From the NCBI GenBank assembly GCA_020718085.1, contig DYDB01000001.1:329575-388770 (forward strand): a stretch of 59,196 nucleotides of DNA, written 5' to 3'. The notes below the pieces were generated by a model, which was not told the DNA's origin, did no database searches, and saw only the letters and a program-made list of their open reading frames with translations. Positions 1 to 10,614 of this stretch are shown piece by piece (position 1 is the first letter of the stretch; each line of letters opens with the position of its first letter). This stretch comes from Micavibrio sp. Lineage in GTDB: Bacteria > Patescibacteriota > Minisyncoccia > Moranbacterales > GCA-2747515. A program made the position numbers and the translations under genes.

Positions 1-80
1 TCACGATTGTAAAAAGGCATAACGGCACTGATCTTTGGGTTTTTGCTGTGTGAAAATTCTGTCATATGTCAAAATGTATT

Positions 81-923
81 TTATACGTGATCTGTTTTGA
101 TGAATTTACGCACAACAAGCCCTCCCCATGCACAGCCAAATTCACATGTTTTCATAAAAAGCATGCCTATGCCCAGAAATGGATTTTTGAAAAGTTTGAT
201 CGGGTGTGAAAAATAGAGTCCATAACGATATAACACGCTTGATTGTTTTGAATAATTCTTTTTATTTTCATGTCTATATCCATAGCGATCCATATGACGC
301 CCATAATAATATTTCTTTTTACATAGCTCATATAAATGCAAATTTCGTTCATTGTGATAGATCATATCTGATATCGAAGCAATGGCATTTTTGCCGAAAT
401 GATGTTCTATGCGTTGCGGCAGATCATAATCTTCCCCACCGGTCACATGTTCATCATAACCATTCATTTTCTCATATACGCTTCGTTCAAAAAATCGCGC
501 TGCCTCCATCCATCTCACGCCAATGTAAAAACGTCGTTCCAATCTCTTGCATTGCGCCCAAAAACCCACGCCGAATGATTCTTCGGGAATCACAACGGCT
601 TTGACAGTGGGGTTATTTTGACACAGTAGAAGTGCATTTTTGATCACATCTTTCGATAGCTCCATATCGGAATCGATAATGCATATATATGATCCGGTTG
701 CGTGTTTTACACCAAAATTTCGTTGTGCACTGCGTTCCGGACCATGGACATATATATGATCGGTGTATTTTTTGGCAATTTTTTGTGTTGCATCTGTAGA
801 AGACTTATCCACAATGATGAGTTCAATGTTCTCATATGATTGTGAGGTAATCGATTTCAAACATGCCTCCAAATATGACGCGGAATTATACGTTGGTATG
901 ATCACAGACACTTTATCTTCCAT
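81..923 (-). CDS. Glycosyltransferase family 2
   Basis: N-terminal VSVIIPTYN, IIVDKSSTDAT, RNFG, IDSD (DxD) and GGED motifs of the GT-A fold. Confidence 0.92.
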   Translation of the reverse strand: MEDKVSVIIPTYNSASYLEACLKSITSQSYENIELIIVDKSSTDATQKIAKKYTDHIYVHGPERSAQRNFGVKHATGSYICIIDSDMELSKDVIKNALLLCQNNPTVKAVVIPEESFGVGFWAQCKRLERRFYIGVRWMEAARFFERSVYEKMNGYDEHVTGGEDYDLPQRIEHHFGKNAIASISDMIYHNERNLHLYELCKKKYYYGRHMDRYGYRHENKKNYSKQSSVLYRYGLYFSHPIKLFKNPFLGIGMLFMKTCEFGCAWGGLVVRKFIKTDHV

Positions 924-968
924 GCTTTTTTAGATAATGAATTTATACATTTCATCCATTTCATTATA

Positions 969-2108
969 TCATTCTTTCTCCCCGCTAATCTCTGCCCTGA
1001 TAATACGCATAAAATCCCGATAACATTTATCAAAAGTGATCTTTTTGCTCCACATCCACGCATTTCGTCGCAAACGATCATACTTTTTTCTGTGTTGTAG
1101 TATTTTCAAAACATTATTGGCAAGATTTTGCGGTGTATTTTCTTGGCAAATGATCCCGGTTTCATTATGACGCACACTGTCACAAAGCCCATCAACATTA
1201 TAGACCACGGCAGGCGTACCCTGACTATTCGCTTCTGTCACGATCAATCCCCACCCCTCTTTAATCGACGTTACGGCAATCACATCTCCTCGGCGCATGA
1301 TCTCCTGCTTTTTTTCTGGCGAAATTCGACCATACATCGTAATATCTTCGGCATAAGGTGAATTTTTAATTTTCCGTAACATTCTTGTGCCGTACGAATT
1401 ATTCGTACAACCAACAATGACCATCTTCAATTGTGGCATTTTTTTCTTTGCGATCTCAAAGGCGCGAATAATGTGGCCCGTGCGTTTCATCGCACGCACA
1501 TTGCCAAAACTCAGCAGGATCGGCTCTGCAATACAATTTTTTTCCTCAATATACGATGCGCACGAAATATCTATGCCTTCACTGATAATATGAATGCGCG
1601 AACCCTTAAAGCCAAATCTCTGCAGATCTTTCTTTGTGCTCGCCGATATGGTGATGACGGTATTTTTGCGCAAAAGGAACGTATAAAACGGCTCAATGAG
1701 ATATCCGATCACATTAAGCGGAAAGAAGATCTGATACAACCAAACTTTACGACCTAATTGATGATAAAAAAGAAGGCGTTTTTTTTCCTTAACATAATAC
1801 TGTGTAAAAAACGGGACAATATTTGCCTCTTCGATAACAATATCCGCCCAACCGACAAGATTTTTCTTGTAATATCGATATGCACACCAATATGCACTGA
1901 ATTGCCCGCCAACACGAATCACCTTATATCCATCGATCACATCTTCTTTTTGACACTCTCCATATCCGCCAGCCAAGAGAACCACCTCGTGCCCATCCGT
2001 AACAAGTCTTTTGCAAATTTGGTTTGTGACCACTTCCGCACCACCAGCAAACGGATGCGTCTGATCTTTCCATGTAAACCACAATATTTTCATTTTTCTA
2101 TCATTCAC
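969..2108 (-). CDS. Glycosyltransferase family 4 (GT-B)
   Basis: GGAE N-terminal motif; SIKEGWGLIVTEANSQGTP (ExxxxxxxE) C-terminal motif; start may be the ATG at 2093. Confidence 0.92.
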   Translation of the reverse strand: MNDRKMKILWFTWKDQTHPFAGGAEVVTNQICKRLVTDGHEVVLLAGGYGECQKEDVIDGYKVIRVGGQFSAYWCAYRYYKKNLVGWADIVIEEANIVPFFTQYYVKEKKRLLFYHQLGRKVWLYQIFFPLNVIGYLIEPFYTFLLRKNTVITISASTKKDLQRFGFKGSRIHIISEGIDISCASYIEEKNCIAEPILLSFGNVRAMKRTGHIIRAFEIAKKKMPQLKMVIVGCTNNSYGTRMLRKIKNSPYAEDITMYGRISPEKKQEIMRRGDVIAVTSIKEGWGLIVTEANSQGTPAVVYNVDGLCDSVRHNETGIICQENTPQNLANNVLKILQHRKKYDRLRRNAWMWSKKITFDKCYRDFMRIIRAEISGEKE

Positions 2109-2157
2109 TTACAAACATATTTATCCCTACTTTTTCCCCATTTGTCTTAAAAATATC

Positions 2158-3420
2158 CTACCGCAATTCGTCACGTTTGTCACCATGGATGATCTTATAC
2201 ATGCCCAATGTCACAACCGTCATAAATGACCCGATGATATATGACCACACCACAGCTTTAATAGACTCATGAAAGAGCATGATCAGTCCAATCGTCACTG
2301 TAAAGCCGACAACCGATGCACATATCAAACGCCTCTCGCGCAGCGCAATATAATACGTATACAAAACATTCACAAGCGAGACCATGACCATGTACATGCC
2401 AATAAGTGGCAATGTTTCAGCGAGAACCGTGTATTGCGCACCGATCATGATCGTAACGATCCACGCAGGCATGATAAAGAAAAAAGCAAAAATACTCATC
2501 GCTATGCACATCGTGATCCATAATGCTTTTTTGAGGATTGTACGATTTTCTTTTTTCTCTGCACGTATTTTGATCGTCGGCATGAGCACGCCGGCAACAG
2601 ATCCCGTAGCAAAAAAGATAATGCGTGCGATCATTGCAATGCCACTATACAATCCCGCCGTTTCCGGATCGAAGAAGAACTTCATGAAAAGCACATCTGA
2701 TGCATAGAGAAATGTAACATATCCAAATGAAAAAAGAATAAGCATGCCATATGCTGCCTCCTTACGAATTTCCGGTGTGATTTCAGCCTTTTCGTCAAGC
2801 GACAAACGAAACTCTCCACGCGTTTTGTACATCGCATACATAAGTGACAAAAAAGTTGCGATCGCAAGCGCACTGATCGCTCCACATACGCGTAAACCCA
2901 TATATACAAGGATCACACCAAAGATCACTCTGCTTGCAGAAGAAATAATATTTGATATAGATACAACCAAAAATCGCTCTGATCCGCGCAAATACGCACC
3001 ATAAAATGTATTGACCACATCCACAGATAAAATGAGTGCCAGAGGAAGAAATGGCAAGACCGAATCAAAGTGCAAAACATTTTTGAGGATCGGACTGATC
3101 ACAACAATGCCAATTGCATACACAACAACGATTGGCAACGCCAATGCAAAGATCCGTGACAATAGTGACACATATGCCGTAGAGCCATGATGCTTGTGAT
3201 TTGATACAATATTGATCGATATCGTGCCGCAGATCATCAAAAAGATTCCCATGAGATACGTGATCGACATGACTGTTGCAACCTCCCCAAAATCCTCCAC
3301 ACTCATCATGCGTACCATGATGGGGTGGTAGAGATAATTCAAAACAGCGGTAATGATGGAGCCGACAAAAAAGACGATGTTATTTTTGATGAACTTGTCA
3401 CGTAGTACTCTCTGGATCAT
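2158..3420 (-). CDS. Polysaccharide flippase (Wzx/MOP family)
   Basis: About 12 hydrophobic segments, DVLFMKFFF..AGLYS motif, next to two glycosyltransferases. Confidence 0.85.
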   Translation of the reverse strand: MIQRVLRDKFIKNNIVFFVGSIITAVLNYLYHPIMVRMMSVEDFGEVATVMSITYLMGIFLMICGTISINIVSNHKHHGSTAYVSLLSRIFALALPIVVVYAIGIVVISPILKNVLHFDSVLPFLPLALILSVDVVNTFYGAYLRGSERFLVVSISNIISSASRVIFGVILVYMGLRVCGAISALAIATFLSLMYAMYKTRGEFRLSLDEKAEITPEIRKEAAYGMLILFSFGYVTFLYASDVLFMKFFFDPETAGLYSGIAMIARIIFFATGSVAGVLMPTIKIRAEKKENRTILKKALWITMCIAMSIFAFFFIMPAWIVTIMIGAQYTVLAETLPLIGMYMVMVSLVNVLYTYYIALRERRLICASVVGFTVTIGLIMLFHESIKAVVWSYIIGSFMTVVTLGMYKIIHGDKRDELR

Positions 3421-3514
3421 AAACCAATACTGTATTGCTATTTTTTACATTGTTTTATTATACACCACTCAAATCAAAAAACCACTTGGGAGAACACTCT
3501 TTCCAAGTGGACCT

Positions 3515-3919
3515 TTACCACTCCAGATCATATTTCCTTCCATTGTGTTTATGCAGGATCTTTTTTAAAGTGTCTTTGTATAAAATGGGTCTCTGCGCAA
3601 GAAACTCCTCTGTGTAACAACACTTCTCACATACCGACATACCTGCTTCCACTTCCCTGACGATCGTTTTCAATTTTGCTTCGATCTCCTGCATGACACG
3701 CACGTCATCCGTGCCATGTTCCACGATCTTTTCCACACATTGGATCCATCCCTCGCCGGAAGTGCCACAACATAAGCATTGTGGCTGATCTTCCACATGC
3801 TGTGCACCAAGCGTATATGCCGGACGATATTCCACATCACCCACCACAACCGGCATCTTGAGAATCTTATCTTTTGTCTGCGCAAGTTCATTTTGCACTT
3901 GTCGTGGTATTTCTTTCAC
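3515..3919 (-). CDS. Hypothetical protein with two Cys clusters (CLCC, CEKCC)
   Basis: 134-aa ORF with GTG start; hairpin at about 3482-3510 follows it. Confidence 0.6.
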   Translation of the reverse strand: MKEIPRQVQNELAQTKDKILKMPVVVGDVEYRPAYTLGAQHVEDQPQCLCCGTSGEGWIQCVEKIVEHGTDDVRVMQEIEAKLKTIVREVEAGMSVCEKCCYTEEFLAQRPILYKDTLKKILHKHNGRKYDLEW

Positions 3920-3943
3920 AAAATTACTTTAAATATATAATAG

Positions 3944-4348
3944 CTATTTTTTTGTTTCATATATAACACTAGCACCCAAACTCATGCCCTCACACACACG
4001 TCCGTTTTTTTCATAAACCCACGGACCTTTTCCCATCTCATAAATACTTCGCACTTCATAACAAGGATCAAGGCGTGATGCGATTAAACCACTAGGAAAT
4101 ATACTCCATGCAAAAGTAAGAATAATAAACATATAAAACAAACCTGTTATTATTTTTCTATCAAAAAAAGCTAGGATTGTAATCGCCATTAATAGCCAAG
4201 TAAGTATAAGAACATACACTGCTGTAAATAAATCTCTTTGCAATAGTCGAGAGATCATTTTTGTCTCAATCAAAACATATGTGACAAAAAATAATGTGCA
4301 AACAATTAGTATAAATTTACTTTTCTTCATAATCCACAAAAACCACAT
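3944..4348 (-). CDS. Hypothetical membrane protein
   Basis: About 3 TM segments; low GC. Confidence 0.6.
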   Translation of the reverse strand: MWFLWIMKKSKFILIVCTLFFVTYVLIETKMISRLLQRDLFTAVYVLILTWLLMAITILAFFDRKIITGLFYMFIILTFAWSIFPSGLIASRLDPCYEVRSIYEMGKGPWVYEKNGRVCEGMSLGASVIYETKK

Positions 4349-4373
4349 GAAAAAATCAGCATCTCACATCATT

Positions 4374-5009
4374 TCACAAAATTCGTTTTAACAAAAACCT
4401 GCCATTTCTATAAAGATATTTATCTCCTCTTTTTTTGTCACGAGAAACTTTTTCCACATAAATATCACCTTTTTCACATACAACTTCATCATAATCAACA
4501 AGATCTTCGAAATCCACACTCATAACTGTAACTTTTTTCCCAGGTACACAAAATTCAATCTTTTGAATTTTCCAATGATCATTTTCAAGTTTATTCTTTA
4601 TATCAAGAATGGTTTTTTTATCAACTGATGCATCTATAATTTCCCTATCTAATATTTCTACTTCAGTATTCTTATTATTTATGGAATTCAACAATAAACT
4701 TAGCACTGTCCACATTAAAATAATAATCGTTATACATGATATTATAAAAATCAAAGATGATAGTGCCTTATTTAAGATTATATTTAATTGACTTTTATGA
4801 TTGATTTTATTTAGTGTCAATATGATTGAAATAATTATGAACCATCCCACACACCACTGCGCAAAAAAATTAAATGGCTCTAAAATACATGTATTTTGCG
4901 AAAAACCATCACCACCATAACTATAACAATAAATTTTTACACTTAATATACCCAGAAAACCAAAAATACCATGCAAAATATATGCCCATTTGATAATTTT
5001 ATTATACAT
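4374..5009 (-). CDS. Hypothetical membrane protein
   Basis: About 3 TM segments plus a soluble C-terminal part; start set at MYNKII to avoid overlap with leuS; low GC. Confidence 0.65.
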   Translation of the reverse strand: MYNKIIKWAYILHGIFGFLGILSVKIYCYSYGGDGFSQNTCILEPFNFFAQWCVGWFIIISIILTLNKINHKSQLNIILNKALSSLIFIISCITIIILMWTVLSLLLNSINNKNTEVEILDREIIDASVDKKTILDIKNKLENDHWKIQKIEFCVPGKKVTVMSVDFEDLVDYDEVVCEKGDIYVEKVSRDKKRGDKYLYRNGRFLLKRIL

Positions 5010-5031
5010 ATTTATTTTTATTATTGAGTAT

Positions 5032-7419
5032 TTACACAACAATACTGATCAACTTCCCTTGCACAAAAATGATCTTTTTTGGCTCTTTGCCTTCGAGATA
5101 TTTTTGGATCTTTTCACTTGCGAGTGCGGTTGATTTTGCATCTTCTTCTGTGATATCCGCACGTACTGTGATCGTGTCACGCACTTTGCCGTTTACTTGC
5201 ACAACAAGTGTGATCTCATCATCGACAATTTTTTGCGCATCATACTGTGGCCACTGCTCTTGTAGGATAAATGACTCATGTCCTAGTTGTGACCAGAGCT
5301 CTTGCACAATATGCGGGCAGAATGGTGAGAGAATGAGAAGGAATCTTTCCATATCATGTGCTGTCATGGATTTGTGTTTTTCCAGCGCATTCATGAGGAT
5401 CATCATTTGTGCAATAGCTGTATTGTATTTCATTGCGTTGATATCCTCCCCCACCTTCTTGATCGTTTGATGTAACACCTTCTCGATCTGTGGGTCACTC
5501 TCATCGGTAAATCCTTTACCAAAGAATTTCCACAGTCGTTCGAGAAATTTACGCGGACCGATCAAACTCTCCGTGCTCCACGCAACAGATGCATCAAATG
5601 GTCCCATAAACATCTCATACATACGAAATGTATCCGAGCCAAATCGATCGATCACATCGTCAGGGTTAATGACATTATTCCATCTTTTGGACATCTTGCG
5701 TCCATCTTCTGCCATAATGAGTCCCACGGTTTGCAATTTTTTATATGGTTCGTCATAGCTCACCGCACCGATATCATAGAGGAATTTATGCCAAAATCGT
5801 GCATAGATAAGATGCCGTGTCGCATGTTCCGCACCACCCACATAAAAATCCACTGGTGACCAATATTTTTCCTTATCCTTATCGATAATCGCCGTATCAT
5901 TTGTCGGATCGATGTAACGCAAATGATACCAACTTGATCCCGCCCATTGCGGCATCGTATTAGTTTCACGTCTTGCTTCTCCGCCACATGTAGGACACGT
6001 CGTATTAACCCAATTCTCAATCGCTGCAAGCGGAGATTCTCCCGTACCTGTCGGTTCATAATTTTCCACTTCTGGAAGCATAAGTGGTAATTCCTCTTCT
6101 GGCACAGGCACCACACCGCACTTTGCACAATGTATGAGAGGGATCGGCTCACCCCAATATCGCTGACGAGAGAACACCCAATCACGCAATTTGTAATTCA
6201 CGGTCATCTCACCACCGACTTTTTCCGTGATCATTCTTTTGGCTTCTTCACTCTCCATGCCATTAAATTCACCGGAATTCAAAAGTGCCCCCCCACCTGT
6301 ATATGCACTATCACTATCAATTCTTCCGGATATAACATCAATGATCGAGAGATCGTACTTCTTCGCAAATTCCCAATCACGCTCATCATGTGCAGGCACT
6401 GCCATGATCGCACCCGTACCATAATCTGCAAGTACATAGTCTGCGATATAAATCGGGATCTCCGCACCATTGGCCGGATTGATCGCCATCACACCTTCCA
6501 ACTTCACGCCGGTCTTTTCTCGTCCTTCCGTCGTACGCTCAATCTCTGTCTTGGTCTGTGCTTCCTTCTGATATGCCACCACCTCATCCCAATTTTTAAT
6601 TTTTAATTTTTCATTGTTCACTAATTCATGTTCCGGTGCTAGCACCATATACGTCGCACCAAAAAGCGTATCAGGACGTGTCGTGAAAACGTCTATTTTT
6701 AATTCTTCATTTTTAATTTTAAATTGAATACGCGCGCCCTCTGATCGTCCGATCCAATTGCGTTGCAACTCTTTGATATGATCTTGCCATTCTAATTTAT
6801 CGAGATCTGCAAGAAGCCTATCTGCGTAGTCCGTGATCTTGATCACCCACTGTGGAATCTTTTTCTTTTCAATCGGTGTACCACAACGCTCGCATGCGCC
6901 ATTTTCCAGATCTTCATTAGCGAGCCCCGTCTTGCACGATGGACACCAATTGATCGGCTCATTGGATTGGAAAACCAAACCTTTTTTGAACATTTGGATA
7001 AAAGCCCATTGCGTCCATTTATAAAATGCAGGATCTGTTGTAGAAATTTCCCTTTCCCAATCATAGTTTAAGGAGATCTTTTCCAATTGTTTTTTAAATG
7101 TCGCGATGTTTTGGTCTGTAGCAACTTTTGGATGTACTTTATTTTTGAGTGCATATTGCTCTGCAGGAAGTCCAAACGCATCCCACCCCATCGGGTGAAG
7201 CACATTGAAATTGTTCATTTTTTTGTATCGGGAGATCACGTCTGTTGCGATATATCCCTTCGGATGCCCCACGTGCAATCCGACACCGGATGGATACGGG
7301 AACATATCAAGAATGTAGAATTTCTCTTTTCCCGAGTCTTCTGTGGTTTTATACACATTGGCGTCAGTCCATTTTTCACGCCATTTCTGTTCTATTTTTT
7401 GATGTTCGTACCGTTCCAT
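5032..7419 (-). CDS. leuS: Leucine--tRNA ligase
   Basis: MFPYPSGVGLHVGH (HIGH), FTTRPDTLFG editing domain, SRQRYWGEPIP, KMSKR, C-terminal VQVNGKVR. Confidence 0.99.
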   Translation of the reverse strand: MERYEHQKIEQKWREKWTDANVYKTTEDSGKEKFYILDMFPYPSGVGLHVGHPKGYIATDVISRYKKMNNFNVLHPMGWDAFGLPAEQYALKNKVHPKVATDQNIATFKKQLEKISLNYDWEREISTTDPAFYKWTQWAFIQMFKKGLVFQSNEPINWCPSCKTGLANEDLENGACERCGTPIEKKKIPQWVIKITDYADRLLADLDKLEWQDHIKELQRNWIGRSEGARIQFKIKNEELKIDVFTTRPDTLFGATYMVLAPEHELVNNEKLKIKNWDEVVAYQKEAQTKTEIERTTEGREKTGVKLEGVMAINPANGAEIPIYIADYVLADYGTGAIMAVPAHDERDWEFAKKYDLSIIDVISGRIDSDSAYTGGGALLNSGEFNGMESEEAKRMITEKVGGEMTVNYKLRDWVFSRQRYWGEPIPLIHCAKCGVVPVPEEELPLMLPEVENYEPTGTGESPLAAIENWVNTTCPTCGGEARRETNTMPQWAGSSWYHLRYIDPTNDTAIIDKDKEKYWSPVDFYVGGAEHATRHLIYARFWHKFLYDIGAVSYDEPYKKLQTVGLIMAEDGRKMSKRWNNVINPDDVIDRFGSDTFRMYEMFMGPFDASVAWSTESLIGPRKFLERLWKFFGKGFTDESDPQIEKVLHQTIKKVGEDINAMKYNTAIAQMMILMNALEKHKSMTAHDMERFLLILSPFCPHIVQELWSQLGHESFILQEQWPQYDAQKIVDDEITLVVQVNGKVRDTITVRADITEEDAKSTALASEKIQKYLEGKEPKKIIFVQGKLISIVV

Positions 7420-7601
7420 AAATTTTGTAAAATTAAGTCAAATGCTACATTTATACTAGCGCAATCAACATAAAAAAACAAACTTACATCATGTATTTGA
7501 TACGAGTTCTAAAAAGTAAGAAAATCTGTATATTATTTCATAAAATAAAACGGGAATGTATTTTCACACATCCCCGTTGTTTCTCCTACAGCAACATCAC
7601 A

Positions 7602-10403
7602 TTATTTCTTGATGCCCTGTAAAGTGTTGATAATTTGACCAAGTTCTTCCAGAACCTGACCGGCTTCACCAAGTTTTCCTTGGCCTGTGAGCTCACAGTA
7701 CCGAGCATAGTTTTTTGCTGCTCGTGAGATCAATTCAGCATCACTGCCACTGATCTCATTGCGTTCGCCATCTGTAGTTTGCACCTCCTGTTGTACATTA
7801 TCCTCGTTTCCAATAACTTTTCTGAGCGCATCTTCAAAAGAAGTGCCAACAGCGAACTGATCACCGACCATAATGACAACCCGTTTGAGTTCCGGCATGC
7901 TCCCCTGACTCGCCGACAGAAAAATCGGCTGTACATAGAGTAACTGATGATCTGCCAATGGCAATGTGATCAGATTTGCAAAAATCACATCACTCCCCTT
8001 CGACTGCCACAGCGAGATTTGCCCTTTTAATACCTCATCCTGATTGATCTTGGTTCCAATTTGCATGGGACCATTTATAAATCGATCTTTCGGAAATGAA
8101 TACACCTGCAATTTGCCATAGTTTTCTCCATCACATCGACCAGCCAGCCATGCAACCATATTGTTGCGCTGATTCTTTTCATTTGGATTGGAATACGGCG
8201 TAAACGGCAAAATGAGCGCGAATTCTTCCTTGGTTTCCTCTGGGATCTGCATTGTCACATAATATGGCAACACGTCACCCACCTTATCGCTTCCGATAAA
8301 TTCTTTTGCAACACTCCACTTATCTTCGTTGTTATAAAAGGCAGTTGGATTGGTCATGTGATACCGTGCATAAATCTGACCCTGCGTACTGAGCAGGTCT
8401 TCCGGATACCGCACATGCTTACGCAATGCTTTTGGCATCGCAGATGCCGACTTGAACAGATCGGGGAAAATTTTCATGTACGTCTGAATGATGGGATCCT
8501 TCTCATCAAACACATAGAGATCAACTTCGCCAGAATGCACATTGATCACAACTTTGACAGAATTCCTGACATAGTTGATTTCTCCGCTTTTCTCAGAATA
8601 TGGGAAAAATTTACTTACCGTATAAGCATCCCATATGTAAAAGATCTTTCCATCTGCAATGACATGATACGGGTCATGATCATACTGCAGAAACGGTGCA
8701 ATCTTCTTTACACGCGTCGCAATATCGCGATCGAACATGATGCGCGTCTCCGGCGTAATCTCAGCGGAAGTGAGCATTTTCAACCCGTCGATCTCCCATG
8801 CAAATGCAAACTTACGAAACCACGAACCAACTGCAACGCCCCCTGTTCCCGTATATTGCGTTGTGATATTGCTCTCGTTTTGCGGAAAATCAAACTCCTC
8901 GGTCTTTGCATTGACAAAGACATGATCCTTCGTCATTTCCCCAAAATATACACGGGGCTCATCAATGCGCAAGTAATCGAACTTTGCAACAGGCGGAATA
9001 TCTTTGAGCCAGAAATCCGGCATCCCACCAGGTAAAAATTTGTTGACAGGATTGGCCACCATGCCAAACCCATGCGTGTAGAACAAATGTTTATTTTGCC
9101 ACGTCTTTGATTTGTCCGGCAACCTGTCATGATCCATTTCGCGCAGAGAACACATCAATTGTATGGATTTACCGTCATCATCATAGCGCACAACATCCAC
9201 ATCCGGAAACGCATAGTATGTTCGCATGATCTGTTTTTGTGAGTATATCGCGTTCAACACGCGAAAATCCCACAGGCGCAGTGAATCAAATGTTGCATGA
9301 TTCTTTTGTACAAGATCATCACCAATCTCTTCCGTAACCGGATAGAACACTTGTTGCAAATGATCATCAGTCAGACCATATGCCATACGTGTAAATTCAA
9401 TATTGTGCTTAATGTATTGATTCTCCTTGTCAATCTCATTGGATGAGACAACACTCCACTGGATAAACTCTGGCAATGCAACGACACCAATGAGCCACAC
9501 CACCACAAAAACGCACGCACTACCCGTTGCACACAAAATCGTAAGTTTTTGAGAGTGTGCGATAGCAGATATGCCAAACAGCACAGAACAGACGATGGCC
9601 GTTACGATCAGTGCCCAATAAGCCGGTAACTGCACATGCAGATCCGTCCATCCGGCACCAAAAACCGCACCCTGCGTTGAGAACAGAAGATTCCATTTCG
9701 CAACGAGGGCATATGCGATGACGACGATCATTAACCCGATACCGAGAATCGATAAATGTGTGAAGAGATTGAATGTTAATCGATCAACTTCATCCCGATT
9801 GCACATTTTCTTTTTCTGAAATACATATATGCTCCACACACCAAAGACTGCCACAAGGATACTTGAAAGTGTCTGCTCCATAATACAGTTGAAAATAGGC
9901 AGACTAAAAACATAAAATCCCACATCCTTGTGAAAGATCGGGTCAACAACGCCAAATGGCACTTGATGCTTGTACAACAAGAAATTCTCATATTGCGAAG
10001 CAACAAAGACACCGGCAACGACTGCAAGAAAAATACTGACAACATGCGCGATCAAAAAAATGTTCGGCGTGTCAATGATCTTCCTGCGTTGCACTGCAAT
10101 GATATTGATCAGAAAAAATACCTCTGTAACAATAAATGCATATGCAAAATACGTGCACATCGCCTGCAAAACAGTCCAATACCGTTGTGCATATTTCACT
10201 TCCTCAAACCACAGAGATGTCACCCAAACCGTCATGAGAAAATCTCCGACGATCAAAGTGATTACACCTGCGAAGATCGTGTAAACACTACGCCTCCAAC
10301 TGAGGGGAGAGATTTCATCCCCTTTCGCCATACTTTTATAACATAGGCGCAAAAAAGGCCCACATGCTAAAAGTAACACCACTGTAATGACAAATCCTTG
10401 CAT
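7602..10403 (-). CDS. UPF0182 family membrane protein
   Basis: N-terminal TM bundle with FGVVDPIFHKDVGFYVFSLP, GAGWTD, LRLWD, YTHGFG, PRVYFGE, NYVRNSVK; SD AGGAGG. Confidence 0.93.
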   Translation of the reverse strand: MQGFVITVVLLLACGPFLRLCYKSMAKGDEISPLSWRRSVYTIFAGVITLIVGDFLMTVWVTSLWFEEVKYAQRYWTVLQAMCTYFAYAFIVTEVFFLINIIAVQRRKIIDTPNIFLIAHVVSIFLAVVAGVFVASQYENFLLYKHQVPFGVVDPIFHKDVGFYVFSLPIFNCIMEQTLSSILVAVFGVWSIYVFQKKKMCNRDEVDRLTFNLFTHLSILGIGLMIVVIAYALVAKWNLLFSTQGAVFGAGWTDLHVQLPAYWALIVTAIVCSVLFGISAIAHSQKLTILCATGSACVFVVVWLIGVVALPEFIQWSVVSSNEIDKENQYIKHNIEFTRMAYGLTDDHLQQVFYPVTEEIGDDLVQKNHATFDSLRLWDFRVLNAIYSQKQIMRTYYAFPDVDVVRYDDDGKSIQLMCSLREMDHDRLPDKSKTWQNKHLFYTHGFGMVANPVNKFLPGGMPDFWLKDIPPVAKFDYLRIDEPRVYFGEMTKDHVFVNAKTEEFDFPQNESNITTQYTGTGGVAVGSWFRKFAFAWEIDGLKMLTSAEITPETRIMFDRDIATRVKKIAPFLQYDHDPYHVIADGKIFYIWDAYTVSKFFPYSEKSGEINYVRNSVKVVINVHSGEVDLYVFDEKDPIIQTYMKIFPDLFKSASAMPKALRKHVRYPEDLLSTQGQIYARYHMTNPTAFYNNEDKWSVAKEFIGSDKVGDVLPYYVTMQIPEETKEEFALILPFTPYSNPNEKNQRNNMVAWLAGRCDGENYGKLQVYSFPKDRFINGPMQIGTKINQDEVLKGQISLWQSKGSDVIFANLITLPLADHQLLYVQPIFLSASQGSMPELKRVVIMVGDQFAVGTSFEDALRKVIGNEDNVQQEVQTTDGERNEISGSDAELISRAAKNYARYCELTGQGKLGEAGQVLEELGQIINTLQGIKK

Positions 10404-10406
10404 AAT

Positions 10407-10469
10407 TCAATCCTCCTGTTTGATTGTAGTACGTGATATACGATAACTTCCACAGAACAAATTGTACAT
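10407..10469 (-). CDS. Candidate 20-aa uORF MYNLFCGSYRISRTTIKQED
   Basis: Own GAGGAGG SD; its last codons contain the SD of the UPF0182 gene. Confidence 0.35.
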   Translation of the reverse strand: MYNLFCGSYRISRTTIKQED

Positions 10470-10614
10470 GTAATTGATCCTCCTCAGATCTGTAAATTTA
10501 TAATGAACGTAGACATAATGTCCAAAAATTGTCATAAAAATGACCCTTCATTATAGTACAATTTTACTAATTTGTCAAATATACCACCGCTACACATTTT
10601 GTGTAAAAAGAAAG

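Noticed and set aside
8358..9035. 225-aa plus-strand ORF, and similar long antisense ORFs at 17926-18537, 23929-24579 and 52552-53127
   Set aside because: They overlap well-supported genes on the opposite strand.
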